From Octopus bimaculoides (lineage: Eukaryota), in assembly GCF_001194135.2 (NCBI RefSeq), contig NC_068993.1, positions 61,219,649 to 61,260,110 on the forward strand: a stretch of DNA of 40,462 nt, in the 5' to 3' direction. This document shows, piece after piece, positions 11,872-24,596 of the stretch. The notes under the pieces are model-generated. The model was not told where the DNA came from. It searched no databases and worked only from the letters and a program-made list of their open reading frames with translations. A program made the position numbers and the translations under genes. Positions within the stretch are counted from its first letter, which is position 1. Each line of letters starts with the position of its first letter.

Positions 11872-12360
11872 ATTAAAGTTAACTATAGTTGCTTCCCCTT
11901 CCCCAAAATAGGATTGCTGATTTTTCATCACGATGAGTATAATAACATTAGGAACACGCCTCAAAGATCTTGTAATTGTAGATCTCCCGATTACTGTCCC
12001 CTGAAAAATTTGCGTCTGGAGAAAGAAATGACGTACAAGGTTAGCATCACGGACTTAAACAAAACAACAAAATCTTACTTTGGAATGACTGAAAACACTT
12101 TCAAAGAAAGATATACTCAGGATTTGGCTTAGGTTGGAGACTAAAACAAAAAATATATAAAAATGTCCATCCAATATGGCATTCACTCTTAATGAGAGGA
12201 ACATCATAGCAAAGGCCAGCAAATATAGAAGACAGAGCAGAAAATGCAACTTAAGTTTTACAGAAAAATTAAGTATTATAACATCATCAGAGAACATTAT
12301 ACATATACGAAAAGAAAAACAAAACCTTTTATTCAATATCTTAAGCAAAGTAAAACAATA
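11872..12360 (+). pseudogene. Penelope-like retroelement GIY-YIG endonuclease (C-terminal) remnant
   Basis: IKVNYSC...SCNCRSPDYCPLKNLRLEKEMTYKVSITDLNKTTKSYFGMTENTFKERY, then after frameshifts WRLKQK and IIAKASKYRRQSRKCNLSFTEKLSII. This matches the PLE pattern YSC..CNCR..CPL..IY..YIG.T...FK.RY..W.LK..CNLC..EK; stops and frameshifts present. Confidence 0.85.
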
Positions 12361-13124
12361 AAACAAGAAAATATAAATCTCTCATTTATTGACAATACAT
12401 GACATTGGAAACATCTTACATAGTATCGTGGTATTACATATATATTCAGTATTTTTAATGTTAATGACTAAAGACAAATATTCCAGCCGACAACACCAAG
12501 AAACTCTACCCACAGTCTTGTGCTTTTCCGGTCAGGCAGTAGACAAGTTTTTTTCTGCGTCTTTTTATTTGGATTCGTCAACTCCCTTGGTCTACCGACT
12601 CTGGAAAGAGAAAAAGTAATGTTGATTTTAGCAGAAACTGAACTCAGAGCACAGAGATTCGGAACAAATACTACAAGACATTCTGTTCGACACTCTAACA
12701 ACTCAGCCAATTCACCTTCTTCGACCTGAACGAATTCCCTAAAGCAAAGTTTTAACAAGATAATCATAGAAATCGCCATCAACCCAGAAATCAACGTAGC
12801 TGTTTAATCGAAAATAGCTAGTAAAGATAAGCTGTCTGTAAAATTCTAAAAAAGGTCTACAAGTTAGGGGTTCAAATCTTTAAAATTTAAGCAGTTAACT
12901 GCGAAATAAATGAGGGCTGATCTCAAGTCAGTGTTCTTTAGACCACATATGGACAATCTTTGGTACGCAGCAATGTTCTGTGTGCCCATCTGTTAATGCT
13001 AACAAATTATTCAGAATATACTCTCATAAAAGTTTATACGATAGCATAATCTTATAACTTATAATACAACGATATCAAAAAGCCAGTAATTAAAGTCGTT
13101 TTAATATTTCTTTGTTTGTTACAG

Positions 13125-13211
13125 TCTATTCTACTTTATGACCTGAGTCTTTCAAGTGTCGCTTTTGATTTAGAGAGAAGAATTACAGCTGACGTGTTCT
13201 TGATAGGAAAA
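13125..13211 (+). CDS. Candidate isolated 87-bp internal coding exon, host gene unknown
   Basis: Acceptor atttctttgtttgttacag|, donor AAA|gtacgt. 29 codons, open only in phase 0: [29 protein letters not shown]. No family recognised. Confidence 0.35.
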
Positions 13212-13297
13212 GTACGTAATTACTTAACCTTTTTTCTTTTCCTGTTTGTAATCAAACGTTCATGTAAGCACACACATTACGTTTGTATGTATGTACG

Positions 13298-13424
<127 letters not shown>

Positions 13425-13757
13425 GTATACTATTACACATACATACATACATACATACATACATACATACATACATACTTACATACATACAATGGAAGGA
13501 TGTATATGTATGTCTATGTATGTATATCTACAGCTCTTCCAAAGCTGTGGCAAATAAATTGCTGAAGCTTTTAGCAAAATAAAGTTCCATTGATTCTTCA
13601 CGACTTTTATTCGTTGGAATTGGTAAGAAAAAAATAATAAACGTTCAAAAGAAATGTGAAACCACAGAAGAACCAGATTGAGAAAGAAGCGTTCGTTGGT
13701 CGAGAGCATGCGCAGTGGGTTTGCATTATTACATGGTTTTACGGTCTGCTATTTGAC

Positions 13758-13890
13758 GGTTCGAAATTTCCCCAAGACACCTGATGATGGCTGGAGGGTA
13801 TATCAGCCGAAACGTTGTTTTAACAACAAACACGATGAGGACAAATGTCCGTCAAATATAAATAATGCAAATAATGTAAATGATAATTAT
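13758..13890 (+). mobile_element. 5'-truncated copy of the HHR-tailed repeat family
   Basis: GGTTCGAAATTTCCCCAAGACACCTGATG...GATGAGGACAAATGTCCGTCAAAT, homologous to 23509-23620 (minus) and 23785-23890 (plus). Confidence 0.85.
13776..13821 (+). ncRNA. Minimal type I hammerhead ribozyme motif
   Basis: GACAC-CUGAUGA-U-GGCUG(GAGGGUAUAU)CAGCC-GAAA-CG-UU-GUUUU. Intact core, perfect 5-bp stem II, palindromic AACGUU stem III, stem I with one mismatch. Activity untested. Confidence 0.75.
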
Positions 13891-15914
13891 TTCAAGTTTG
13901 ATTTTTGATATTTACCTTTATCTATAATCGCACAAGAGTACAAAGTATAAAGAAAATCAATAGGTTACTACAATTAGTGTTATATACTGTTATATAAACA
14001 TTACACACATTCAAACATCGTCACTATCTTTTTTCCAAATCCTGCTGCATTTCACGTGGAATTTTTAGTCCTTCAAACTGACCTTGACCTACCTTTCTAG
14101 ATTCCCAATTTTCATCTGGAAAATTCGACTTGTATATCGGAAATATGGTACTGAAAGGCCATGACTAGAACGCTATTGATCACAAGACAATCTTCTGGAT
14201 CAGGGATATAAAGTCTGTCTCTTGAGTCAGAACAGAGATCTGCCTTCTGGATCACGACGGACTCAGAGAGACAGCAAAAATGAATCTTCGCGGTAAATCG
14301 GGGTTAAGTTCATTTTTTTTTTTTTTTTTTGCATTATCAGCAATAAATATCTGGTAATGGCATTGGTTATCAACATGAATGTGGCAGAGGAGACACAAGA
14401 GACGAAGTCAGTGTTAGGAAAGAAGACACAACAATAGGAATAACAATAATAAAGACATTCATACACTTCACCTCTTTCTTTTCTTTCAATAAACTATAGC
14501 CTCGAGAACACTAGTGTGTATTACAAAATATTAAGTACAGTGTGAAATATACACTATACATATGTGTATACAAGTACATTATATCTATCTATTTATATAT
14601 ATATATTTATATATAAATATGTATATACGTACGTGAGTGTCTCTGCGTGTGTATATTTGCTTGCTTCCGTGTTCACACGTAAATATGTATGCTTGTGTGT
14701 ATAAATATTATATGTATGTACACATGTGCTTATATACTATGCGCGTATAAATATATATACATTTCTTTATGAAACGTTTACACACACACGTTTATTTATA
14801 TATATATATATATATATNNNNNNNNNNNNNNNNNNNNNNNNNNNNNNNNNNNNNNNNNNNNNNNNNNNNNNNNNNNNNNNNNNNNNNNNNNNNNNNNNNN
14901 NNNNNNNNNNNNNNNNNNNNNNNNNNNNNNNNNNNNNNNNNNNNNNNNNNNNNNNNNNNNNNNNNNNNNNNNNNNNNNNNNNNNNNNNNNNNNNNNNNNN
15001 NNNNNNNNNNNNNNNNNNNNNNNNNNNNNNNNNNNNNNNNNNNNNNNNNNNNNNNNNNNNNNNNNNNNNNNNNNNNNNNNNNNNNNNNNNNNNNNNNNNN
15101 NNNNNNNNNNNNNNNNNNNNNNNNNNNNNNNNNNNNNNNNNNNNNNNNNNNNNNNNNNNNNNNNNNNNNNNNNNNNNNNNNNNNNNNNNNNNNNNNNNNN
15201 NNNNNNNNNNNNNNNNNNNNNNNNNNNNNNNNNNNNNNNNNNNNNNNNNNNNNNNNNNNNNNNNNNNNNNNNNNNNNNNNNNNNNNNNNNNNNNNNNNNN
15301 NNNNNNNNNNNNNNNNNNNNNNNNNNNNNNNNNNNNNNNNNNNNNNNNNNNNNNNNNNNNNNNNNNNNNNNNNNNNNNNNNNNNNNNNNNNNNNNNNNNN
15401 NNNNNNNNNAACAAACGGCGTGGTCCAGTCAAAAGACATCAACAGTAAGTCAATATAAATTTAACAATAGAATGTTACAAATACGAGACACAAGTCATAA
15501 AACTTTCTACATTTCATTTACTGGAAAATATTGCAAATTGATCGAGCACATGCACACACGGATAGACATACATACATACATACATACATACACACATATA
15601 CATGCATACATACACACATACGTACATACATGCATACGTACATGTACACTGACAAACAAAACAAACACACTCCTAAATGCACAAACATACAGTAGCAGCT
15701 ATATGCAACAACAGAGATTAATAGATAGATAGATTGATTGATTGATTGATTGATTGATTGACTGATTGATTGATAGATACATACACGCATGCATACTTAC
15801 ATTCATACATATACGTATATATAATCAATTTATATACCTGATAGTAATGTTCTTCTTTCATATACATATACACATAAATATATATATATACTTATACATA
15901 TGGATATTTATACC

Positions 15915-15964
<50 letters not shown>

Positions 15965-16008
15965 TGTGTGTGTGAAAAGGTATTTATATTCATAAGCACA
16001 TATATACA

Positions 16009-16048
<40 letters not shown>

Positions 16049-16072
16049 AACATATATATGGANNNNNNNNNN

Positions 16073-16119
<47 letters not shown>

Positions 16120-16423
16120 AACATATATATGGATATATGTGTGTGTGTATGTATTATGTATTTATGTATATATGTAAGTGAATATGTGTATATATACATC
16201 ATTTATATGTGTGTGTATGTATGTGTGTATGTACGTCATATATGTATTCAAACATACAGGTATGTATGTACGTATGTATGTATTTGCAAGAATTAGGTTA
16301 TACACAAATATATCAAATACTGATCAATATTTTGATTACATAAATATGTGTATATCCCTGTGACTATGATATTATCTCTTAGCTAAATCCGTCTCTACGT
16401 CTGTATATATATATATATGAATA

Positions 16424-16454
<31 letters not shown>

Positions 16455-16916
16455 NNNNNNNNNNNNNNNNNNNNNNNNNNNNNNNNNNNNNNNNNNNNNN
16501 NNNNNNNNNNNNNNNNNNNNNNNNNNNNNNNNNNNNNNNNNNNNNNNNNNNNNNNNNNNNNNNNNNNNNNNNNNNNNNNNNNNNNNNNNNNNNNNNNNNN
16601 NNNNNNNNNNNNNNNNNNNNNNNNNNNNNNNNNNNNNNNNNNNNNNNNNNNNNNNNNNNNNNNNNNNNNNNNNNNNNNNNNNNNNNNNNNNNNNNNNNNN
16701 NNNNNNNNNNNNNNNNNNNNNNNNNNNNNNNNNNNNNNNNNNNNNNNNNNNNNNNNNNNNNNNNNNNNNNNNNNNNNNNNNNNNNNNNNNNNNNNNNNNN
16801 NNNNNNNNNNNNNNNNNNNNNNNNNNNNNNNNNNNNNNNNNNNNNNNNNNNNNATATATATATATATATATATATATATAAACGTGCATATATATATATA
16901 CATAAATATACACATA

Positions 16917-16947
<31 letters not shown>

Positions 16948-17102
16948 GTGTATGTATGTATGTATGCATGGACATGCATATATGTGCGTGTGTGTGAGAA
17001 GTGGGAGTAGAACAGATATTTGTTATCATTTTTATACCATCATCTAATACGATTACTTTCGAAGAGTCAATTAATAATAATAATATTAATAATTCTACTA
17101 AA

Positions 17103-17103
<1 letters not shown>

Positions 17104-17165
<62 letters not shown>
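17104..17165. repeat. (ATT)n microsatellite
   Basis: Direct reading. Confidence 0.95.
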
Positions 17166-17168
<3 letters not shown>

Positions 17169-17682
17169 TTCTGTCTTTACATTTTTCTCTTTTCATTTTT
17201 AATTTTAATCTTCATTTTCCTTTATTTATTCTTTTTTGTTTGTTTTATACTGGTTTTTATTGTTAGTTGGATATTTTTAGCTCGTTTCTTTTTACTTTTT
17301 ACTATATTTTCTTCTTTTTTTTTTCTCAAATTCTTTTCCTTCCACTTTCAATTAAATTTTGATTAATATCTGCCTAAGACGAGATCACTTGCCAGGAATT
17401 TACTCTCAGAATTGCATTCTATTCACATGGCCAAGTTGCAATATTACACCATCAATGGCTGCTGTAATATGGCGGCTCTAACACAAAAGCAATGGCTAAT
17501 GTCACGTGGTAAACATAACATGGCTGCTTCAATATGAGAATATTAAATAAGGCATAAGGTATTTTTAGCAATAATTAGCTGTTTAAACTCAATGTCAGAC
17601 CAGCAGCAGCTCTGCAATGCAGTGCAATATAATAAATGTATGCGAATTTACGATATATATATATGCATAGACACACACACAG

Positions 17683-17713
<31 letters not shown>

Positions 17714-18236
17714 GACATCGAAATATGTGTACGTGTGTATATGTGTGTTTGAGTGTGTATTCGCGTGTGCCTGTGCATGTCTGTATGTAAGTAGGGATTC
17801 CAAGGAGCGGCACATTGAGAAGGCGGAATCCTCTCGCGGTGATTATAAATTTATGTAGATGTTTGCTTAGGCATGTAGAGGTGAAATTACACCTGTGTGC
17901 TGAATGTATTTGTGAGCCTGTGTGTGTGCGTACGTGGGTGTATACGTGCGTATGTGTTCAAGCATCAGTGTGTACGAGCAAGGGCACACAGATAATAACT
18001 ACTATCGCAGGTATATATTAACATAATATTTTGTATAAATACTTTTTAATACAACCACTTTTGTCCTATAATAACACAGTATTCAAATATGTTATACATT
18101 CGAAAGCCTGAGCCACCTACGATGCATCTCGCACATAAACATGTATTAGCGCCTAACTACATGCATATGTACATTTACAAGCGAGCGTGTGTGTGTGTGT
18201 GTATATGTGTCTTATATACATATTCACACATACAGC

Positions 18237-18310
<74 letters not shown>

Positions 18311-18735
18311 ATAATACATATGCATATATAGGTATATATAACTACACACCTTTATACGTACATATATCTTTTAATATAAAGGTATGGCTATATATTTATA
18401 TATATATATGTATATATATGTATATATATATACATGTGTGTGTATATATATATGCATATATATATACATATATATATATGCATATATATGCATATATATG
18501 CATATNNNNNNNNNNNNNNNNNNNNNNNNNNNNNNNNNNNNNNNNNNNNNNNNNNNNNNNNNNNNNNNNNNNNNNNNNNNNNNNNNNNNNNNNNNNNNNN
18601 NNNNNNNNNNNNNNNNNNNNNNNNNNNNNNNNNNNNNNNNNNNNNNNNNNNNNNNNNNNNNNNNNNNNNNNNNNNNNNNNNNNNNNNNNNNNNNNNNNNN
18701 NNNNNNNNNNNNNNNNNNNNNNNNNNNNNNNNNNN

Positions 18736-18772
<37 letters not shown>

Positions 18773-18989
18773 CGTCTATGTATGTGTGCGTATGCGTGTT
18801 CATTTGCGTATATATGTGTATATCGAATGTGCATTTTGTTTTCGATTATTTTGTCTACTGGCATAACTAAAAAAAAATGTCAGTATAGAGAAAGATAAAG
18901 GGACGTGTGTATGTATGTGTGTGTGTGTGCGTGTGTGTGTGCGTATGTAGAGAGCTAGATACAGAAATGGAGAGACAGACAGACGGACG

Positions 18990-18990
18990 G

Positions 18991-19048
<58 letters not shown>
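18990..19048. repeat. (GATA)n microsatellite; similar arrays at about 24520-24595 and 28157-28248
   Basis: Direct reading. Confidence 0.95.
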
Positions 19049-19049
<1 letters not shown>

Positions 19050-19203
19050 CATGTGCATCATTACATCCAGACATACCAGCATACGTATATACACATAGAC
19101 GCACGCGCACGCCCACATTCACACACACCTATATATATATACATATGCACATATATATACATATACATATGTATATATATATATATGCATGTATGTATAT
19201 GTA

Positions 19204-19260
<57 letters not shown>

Positions 19261-19289
19261 TTATGTATGCATGTATGTATGTATGTATG

Positions 19290-19341
<52 letters not shown>

Positions 19342-20189
19342 NNNNNNNNNNNNNNNNNNNNNNNNNNNNNNNNNNNNNNNNNNNNNNNNNNNNNNNNNNN
19401 NNNNNNNNNNNNNNNNNNNNNNNNNNNNNNNNNNNNNNNNNNNNNNNNNNNNNNNNNNNNNNNNNNNNNNNNNNNNNNNNNNNNNNNNNNNNNNNNNNNN
19501 NNNNNNNNNNNNNNNNNNNNNNNNNNNNNNNNNNNNNNNNNNNNNNNNNNNNNNNNNNNNNNNNNNNNNNNNNNNNNNNNNNNTATGTATGTATGTATGT
19601 ATGTATGTATGTATGTATATGTGTGTATATATATTCAAAAGTTTCCTTGGCTTTTCTTTTTGCCTTTTTCTTTTCTCTTTTGTGTGTGTGTGTTTGTGTG
19701 TGTATTAAACTTAATATGGCGGATTACGCGTACACTGTAGGAAATACCGATATTGTTCTGTGTATAAGAAATTGCATAACGTACTCTGAGCGGGATTTCC
19801 TTTCGTAAAACTAAAGAAGTAAGGGAAAAAATACACTTGCAAACCTTACACAAAGCAAGGAAATTGAGTTATAATTAAATTAAGTATATTTAATAATATC
19901 ATAGTATCGGAATAACTCGATGGTTTAGCGGTGAAAAAAATTGGTATATCTAAAAGGTAAAGACTGTTTACGCATCTGAAGATAAACGTGTGAGTCTGTG
20001 TCTGTGTGCGTGTGGTTTTGTATATACAAGCGTGTATTTCTGCATGTGTCTTTGTATATGGTAAAACAAACTCTACACAGGTCCGTACATGTACATAAAC
20101 ATGGATATGCATGCACATACGTGCATCCATACATTATTGCTTAAACGTGAGATATGTTAACTCGTAGGGTATGATTAAAATCTGCTCCA

Positions 20190-20223
<34 letters not shown>

Positions 20224-20234
20224 TTCCTTCACCT

Positions 20235-20290
<56 letters not shown>

Positions 20291-23200
20291 ATCGCTATCT
20301 ATCTATCAGCCTATATAACTCCTTTTTATTTCTCTTCTGTTTCTTCTTATTAGTGTACGGCAGCCTCTGTTTGGTTGCATATACATACATGTATACATAT
20401 GCACTCACACATGGACACACAAATACACACACACACACACATACACACACGTGTATATATGCCCGTGCTCTCACTTGTTTTTTTAACATTCTCATTCAAT
20501 CACCTTACGTAACTAACAGAAAGTCAGAGTCAAAAAGCAAGCCAGAGCGAGGGAATGTGTGTGCGTGTGTGTGTATGCATATATATATGCATATATATAT
20601 GTATATATATATATATACACATATATATATATATATATANNNNNNNNNNNNNNNNNNNNNNNNNNNNNNNNNNNNNNNNNNNNNNNNNNNNNNNNNNNNN
20701 NNNNNNNNNNNNNNNNNNNNNNNNNNNNNNNNNNNNNNNNNNNNNNNNNNNNNNNNNNNNNNNNNNNNNNNNNNNNNNNNNNNNNNNNNNNNNNNNNNNN
20801 NNNNNNNNNNNNNNNNNNNNNNNNNNNNNNNNNNNNNNNNNNNNNNNNNNNNNNNNNNNNNNNNNNNNNNNNNNNNNNNNNNNNNNNNNNNNNNNNNNNN
20901 NNNNNNNNNNNNNNNNNNNNNNNNNNNNNNNNNNNNNNNNNNNNNNNNNNNNNNNNNNNNNNNNNNNNNNNNNNNNNNNNNNNNNNNNNNNNNNNNNNNN
21001 NNNNNNNNNNNNNNNNNNNNNNNNNNNNNNNNNNNNNNNNNNNNNNNNNNNNNNNNNNNNNNNNNNNNNNNNNNNNNNNNNNNNNNNNNNNNNNNNNNNN
21101 NNNNNNNNNNNNNNNNNNNNNNNNNNNNNNNNNNNNNNNNNNNNNNNNNNNNNNNNNNNNNNNNNNNNNNNNNNNNNNNNNNNNNNNNNNNNNNNNNNNN
21201 NNNNNNNNNNNNNNNNNNNNNNNNNNNNNNNNNNNNNNNNNNNNNNNNNNNNNNNNNNNNNNNNNNNNNNNNNNNNNNNNNNNNNNNNNNNNNNNNNNNN
21301 NNNNNNNNNNNNNNNNNNNNNNNNNNNNNNNNNNNNNNNNNNNNNNNNNNNNNNNNNNNNNNNNNNNNNNNNNNNNNNNNNNNNNNNNNNNNNNNNNNNN
21401 NNNNNNNNNNNNNNNGAGGAGGAGGAGGAGGAGGAGAAGAAGAAGAAGAAGAAGAAGAAGAAGAAGAAGAAGAATAAGAAGAAGAAGAAGAAAATCGAAA
21501 GCGTCTTACACATCTGCTAGTGTTAGAAGTAAAAGATTGTCTGATTTAATAAGGTTGAATACACGTAGCTTGCGTGTCAACCGTGTACTTATCCCATTCT
21601 GTATGATTCCTTCATAGTATTCACAGATCACAAGGATCAATTGGATCAATCGTCTCTCTTCTACAATATCGTCGACTTTCACAGAAAGAGTTTGCCTTTT
21701 GAGTTTATGAAAATATGTGCTGATACCTTCTTTCGTAGCTCTGCCAGGTTGTGTTAGATGCACTTATCCTATCGCAAGGTTATGTGGCAATATCAATAGT
21801 ATATATTTATTCAATCAACTAGATTTGCAATCCTATAGTAATCTCCCCCACAAAGTTACATAATATGATTTATACAGGTTTAATCACCTTTACCTTTCTG
21901 TTGTTATAAGCGGAGTAAATCGTATCGAGAGTTCCAAAGTAAGGGAGATAATATAAAACCGCTAGTGACTGCCAATTTGTTTCATAAAATTGTCTTTTTA
22001 TGAGAAGGTATAGTATAATAACAAACATTCTCTGCTGTTTCCCCAGAATTCCTCTTCTTTCAATTACATTTTTCAATGTAAACAAAATTCTTCCATTTCT
22101 TTTTACATAAGAAAAAGTTATTTTTACTTTTTCTTCAAATAAACTTGTTTATTCTAAGACTTTACTCTGTTCTTGTTTATTTGTTTTTAGAAGATTAAGA
22201 TTACCACTAATACTAAACCTAACTCAAATAATAATGTTAACTTTATCTTTAGCAATAATTTTTATCAGAAAATTAATCCGTAGCTGACAGCCAACACAAT
22301 ATGAAAATAAAATTTAAACTTTACTCAAAGGAGGCTTTTCGACTTTATTATTAAATTATTAAATAACAGTACGTGCCCTTTTTCTTTTCGTATATTTGTC
22401 TATAGTACCATTATATTATTGTAAAAGATTTAAGAGCTTATTTTTATTGTATCAAAGTCTAATAAAATTATAGGTCAGAGCTGAAAATCTAAAAATAATT
22501 GCGGCACACCTCGACACTGTTCACAACAGCTTTGCTCCTCATTTGAAAGCAAAACAGAAAAACACTGTTTTACAACTTTTTCCAGCGATGCACAAACTTT
22601 TGCTCATTGCAACCGTAAATTCTGCTCTCACCAAATATGATTTGGGTTCTTTTTACTTGAACTCAAGCTTTCGTCTGGATTGTTTTTCAACATACATCTA
22701 CAGTTGCAATATATGGACACATAGTGGACAGAGTTCTTCCCGGAAGTGACTGACCGTTTTAGCTTTTATAACATACATCCTCATCCAGGCAACCTACCCT
22801 AAGTTTATTAATGCTAGACCCGTGTGTCAAAGCGATATTCTACTGACCCCCGCCCCTCTGGTCATCTCTTTTCAACCTGTGACATCTAAACGTTTTCTCA
22901 GTAGCCTCTAAAGTTTTTATTAAAGGATCTTCTTCTGTTCATTCCTGTAACGCCCTTATTCAAAGGGCATCCTGCAAACTCTCGACTTCCAACTTCCACA
23001 GACAAACACTTCGTTCTCCGTCAATTTTTACATCAAACCCTAGCATTCAACTTAAATTATCTTCCACTTATTCCTAGAAATCCGCTAAACGCTGCTCTAA
23101 CCCTATCTCACGACAAAGCCCTAATTGTTATTCAAACTCTGCCAGTTACCCAAGCGAAACTTACTTGTATTTGCGGCGGCAATTATGCAGGTTGGGTTGA

Positions 23201-23554
23201 GACAATTCCGACCAACGACTTCGTCATGTCCTTCATGAATACTGACCACATCCTACGGTCGACCTTAAAGTTCCACCAGGCAAAGTAATGCTTCTGCCTG
23301 CGGCCCAAATTTCCAGCTTGCAAATTTGACGAATGCCCAACTGGGGGTGCAAACGCTCGAATAGCACTGGAGCCATAACCCAAAAGAAAACTTAATATCA
23401 ACCCAAACTTTAATTCAATAAACCGTACTTTCCACTCATTAAGGTGTAAATTAAACTCTAAACATCGACTCTAACTTTAAACCTTTTACTAAAACCTACT
23501 TAATACTTCCTTATTTACATTTGACAGATATTTGTCCTCATCTTGTTTGTTGTT

Positions 23555-23600
23555 AACACAACGTTTCGGCTGATTTACTCTCCAGCTTTCATCAGGTGTC
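23555..23600 (-). ncRNA. Minimal type I hammerhead ribozyme motif
   Basis: GACAC-CUGAUGA-A-AGCUG(GAGAGUAAAU)CAGCC-GAAA-CG-UU-GUGUU. Core and stem I intact; first pair of stem II is A:C. Confidence 0.7.
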
Positions 23601-23652
23601 TTGGGAAAATTTCGAACCCGGGTTCTCATTCCTAAGGTATTTTTCGATGTTG

Positions 23653-23689
<37 letters not shown>

Positions 23690-23788
23690 CATTATTATTA
23701 ATATTAATATTCAGGTCACTGCTTGGAATCGAACTCGGAATCTTGGGGTTAGTAGACCGCGCTCTTAACCACTACGCCATATGCCCAA

Positions 23789-23834
23789 GATACCTGATAA
23801 AAGCTGGAGGGTATATCAGCCGAAACGTTTTGTT
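23789..23834 (+). ncRNA. Degenerate hammerhead motif (core G8 mutated)
   Basis: GAUAC-CUGAUAA-A-AGCUG(GAGGGUAUAU)CAGCC-GAAACGUUUUGUUU; likely inactive. Confidence 0.55.
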
Positions 23835-24344
23835 TAACAACAAACAAGATGAGGACAAATATCCGTCAATTGTAAATAATGTAAATAATGTACATAATTC
23901 CTCATCTCTTAAATGCAGAACTGCACTACTTAATACTTGTTTTAAAATTATGAATGCTTCTAAGTTTAAAGCTGATGCGAAACCGACACCAAACATCCAC
24001 TTTAACCTTACGCTTTAACCTTAAAACTATCCAAAGGCATAAGATTTTTCTCTTCTTGTTTAACTCTTCCCTTAAATTGAAGTTTAACAATTGGCTGAAC
24101 GTTAACGCTAACTCTGCTCTTGAGCATAATCGAATGAAAACCTTTCGTTCATTTGTAATTATTCGTTCGATATCGACTTCTATCGGGTCGTTTACGTTGA
24201 ATAAAGAAATAGAATCAGTGGAGGCGGTTGTGATGACATTGGTGACAGATAGGCATTTCGGTTAACATGCGTGGAATCAATCACAGCTGAAATGAAAAGG
24301 GACAAAGAAGATAAGCATGCTCGTAGGCAATCGAACAAAGAAAG

Positions 24345-24376
<32 letters not shown>

Positions 24377-24535
24377 ATGTAAAGAAAGAGACAGAGACAA
24401 AGAGAAAAGAGAGAAAGAGAGAGAAATTAAATAGAGAGAGAGAGACGAATGGACGGATGACTGGAAGGTTAGGGAGAGAGAGAAACTAATATATATACAT
24501 ATATATAAAGGGAGAGGGGTGTAGATAGATAGATT

Positions 24536-24596
<61 letters not shown>

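Larger units (their letters stand above)
23509..23925. mobile_element. Composite insertion: tRNA-headed HHR-bearing SINE-like element (minus) joined head-to-head to a second tail copy (plus), with 13-bp TSD
   Basis: CTACTTAATACTT flanks both sides (23496-23508, 23926-23938). Minus strand 23786-23712 is a tRNA-like head with A-box TGGCGTAGTGG and B-box GAGTTCGATTCC, followed by (AAT)n and the HHR tail down to 23509. A plus-strand tail copy runs 23785-23925. Confidence 0.85.

Noticed and set aside
12468-12794. 108-aa minus-strand ORF next to the PLE remnant
   Set aside because: No recognisable domain in any frame; could not link it to the PLE.
14215-14274. 14-15 bp imperfect inverted repeat
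   Set aside because: Short, partly GA/TC low complexity, no TSD.
21506-21790. Short ORFs on both strands, including a VDDIV motif suggestive of reverse transcriptase
   Set aside because: No surrounding RT motifs; splice signals weak.
22737-22856. Overlapping STAT (TTCCCGGAA) and ETS (CCGGAAGT) sites plus a GC box
   Set aside because: Isolated short motifs are expected by chance in 35 kb; no other support.
23712-23786. Possible tRNA gene (also heads at 2718, 205, 34951, 39047)
   Set aside because: A and B boxes are present but no complete cloverleaf or acceptor stem; each continues into repeat body, so these are SINE heads.
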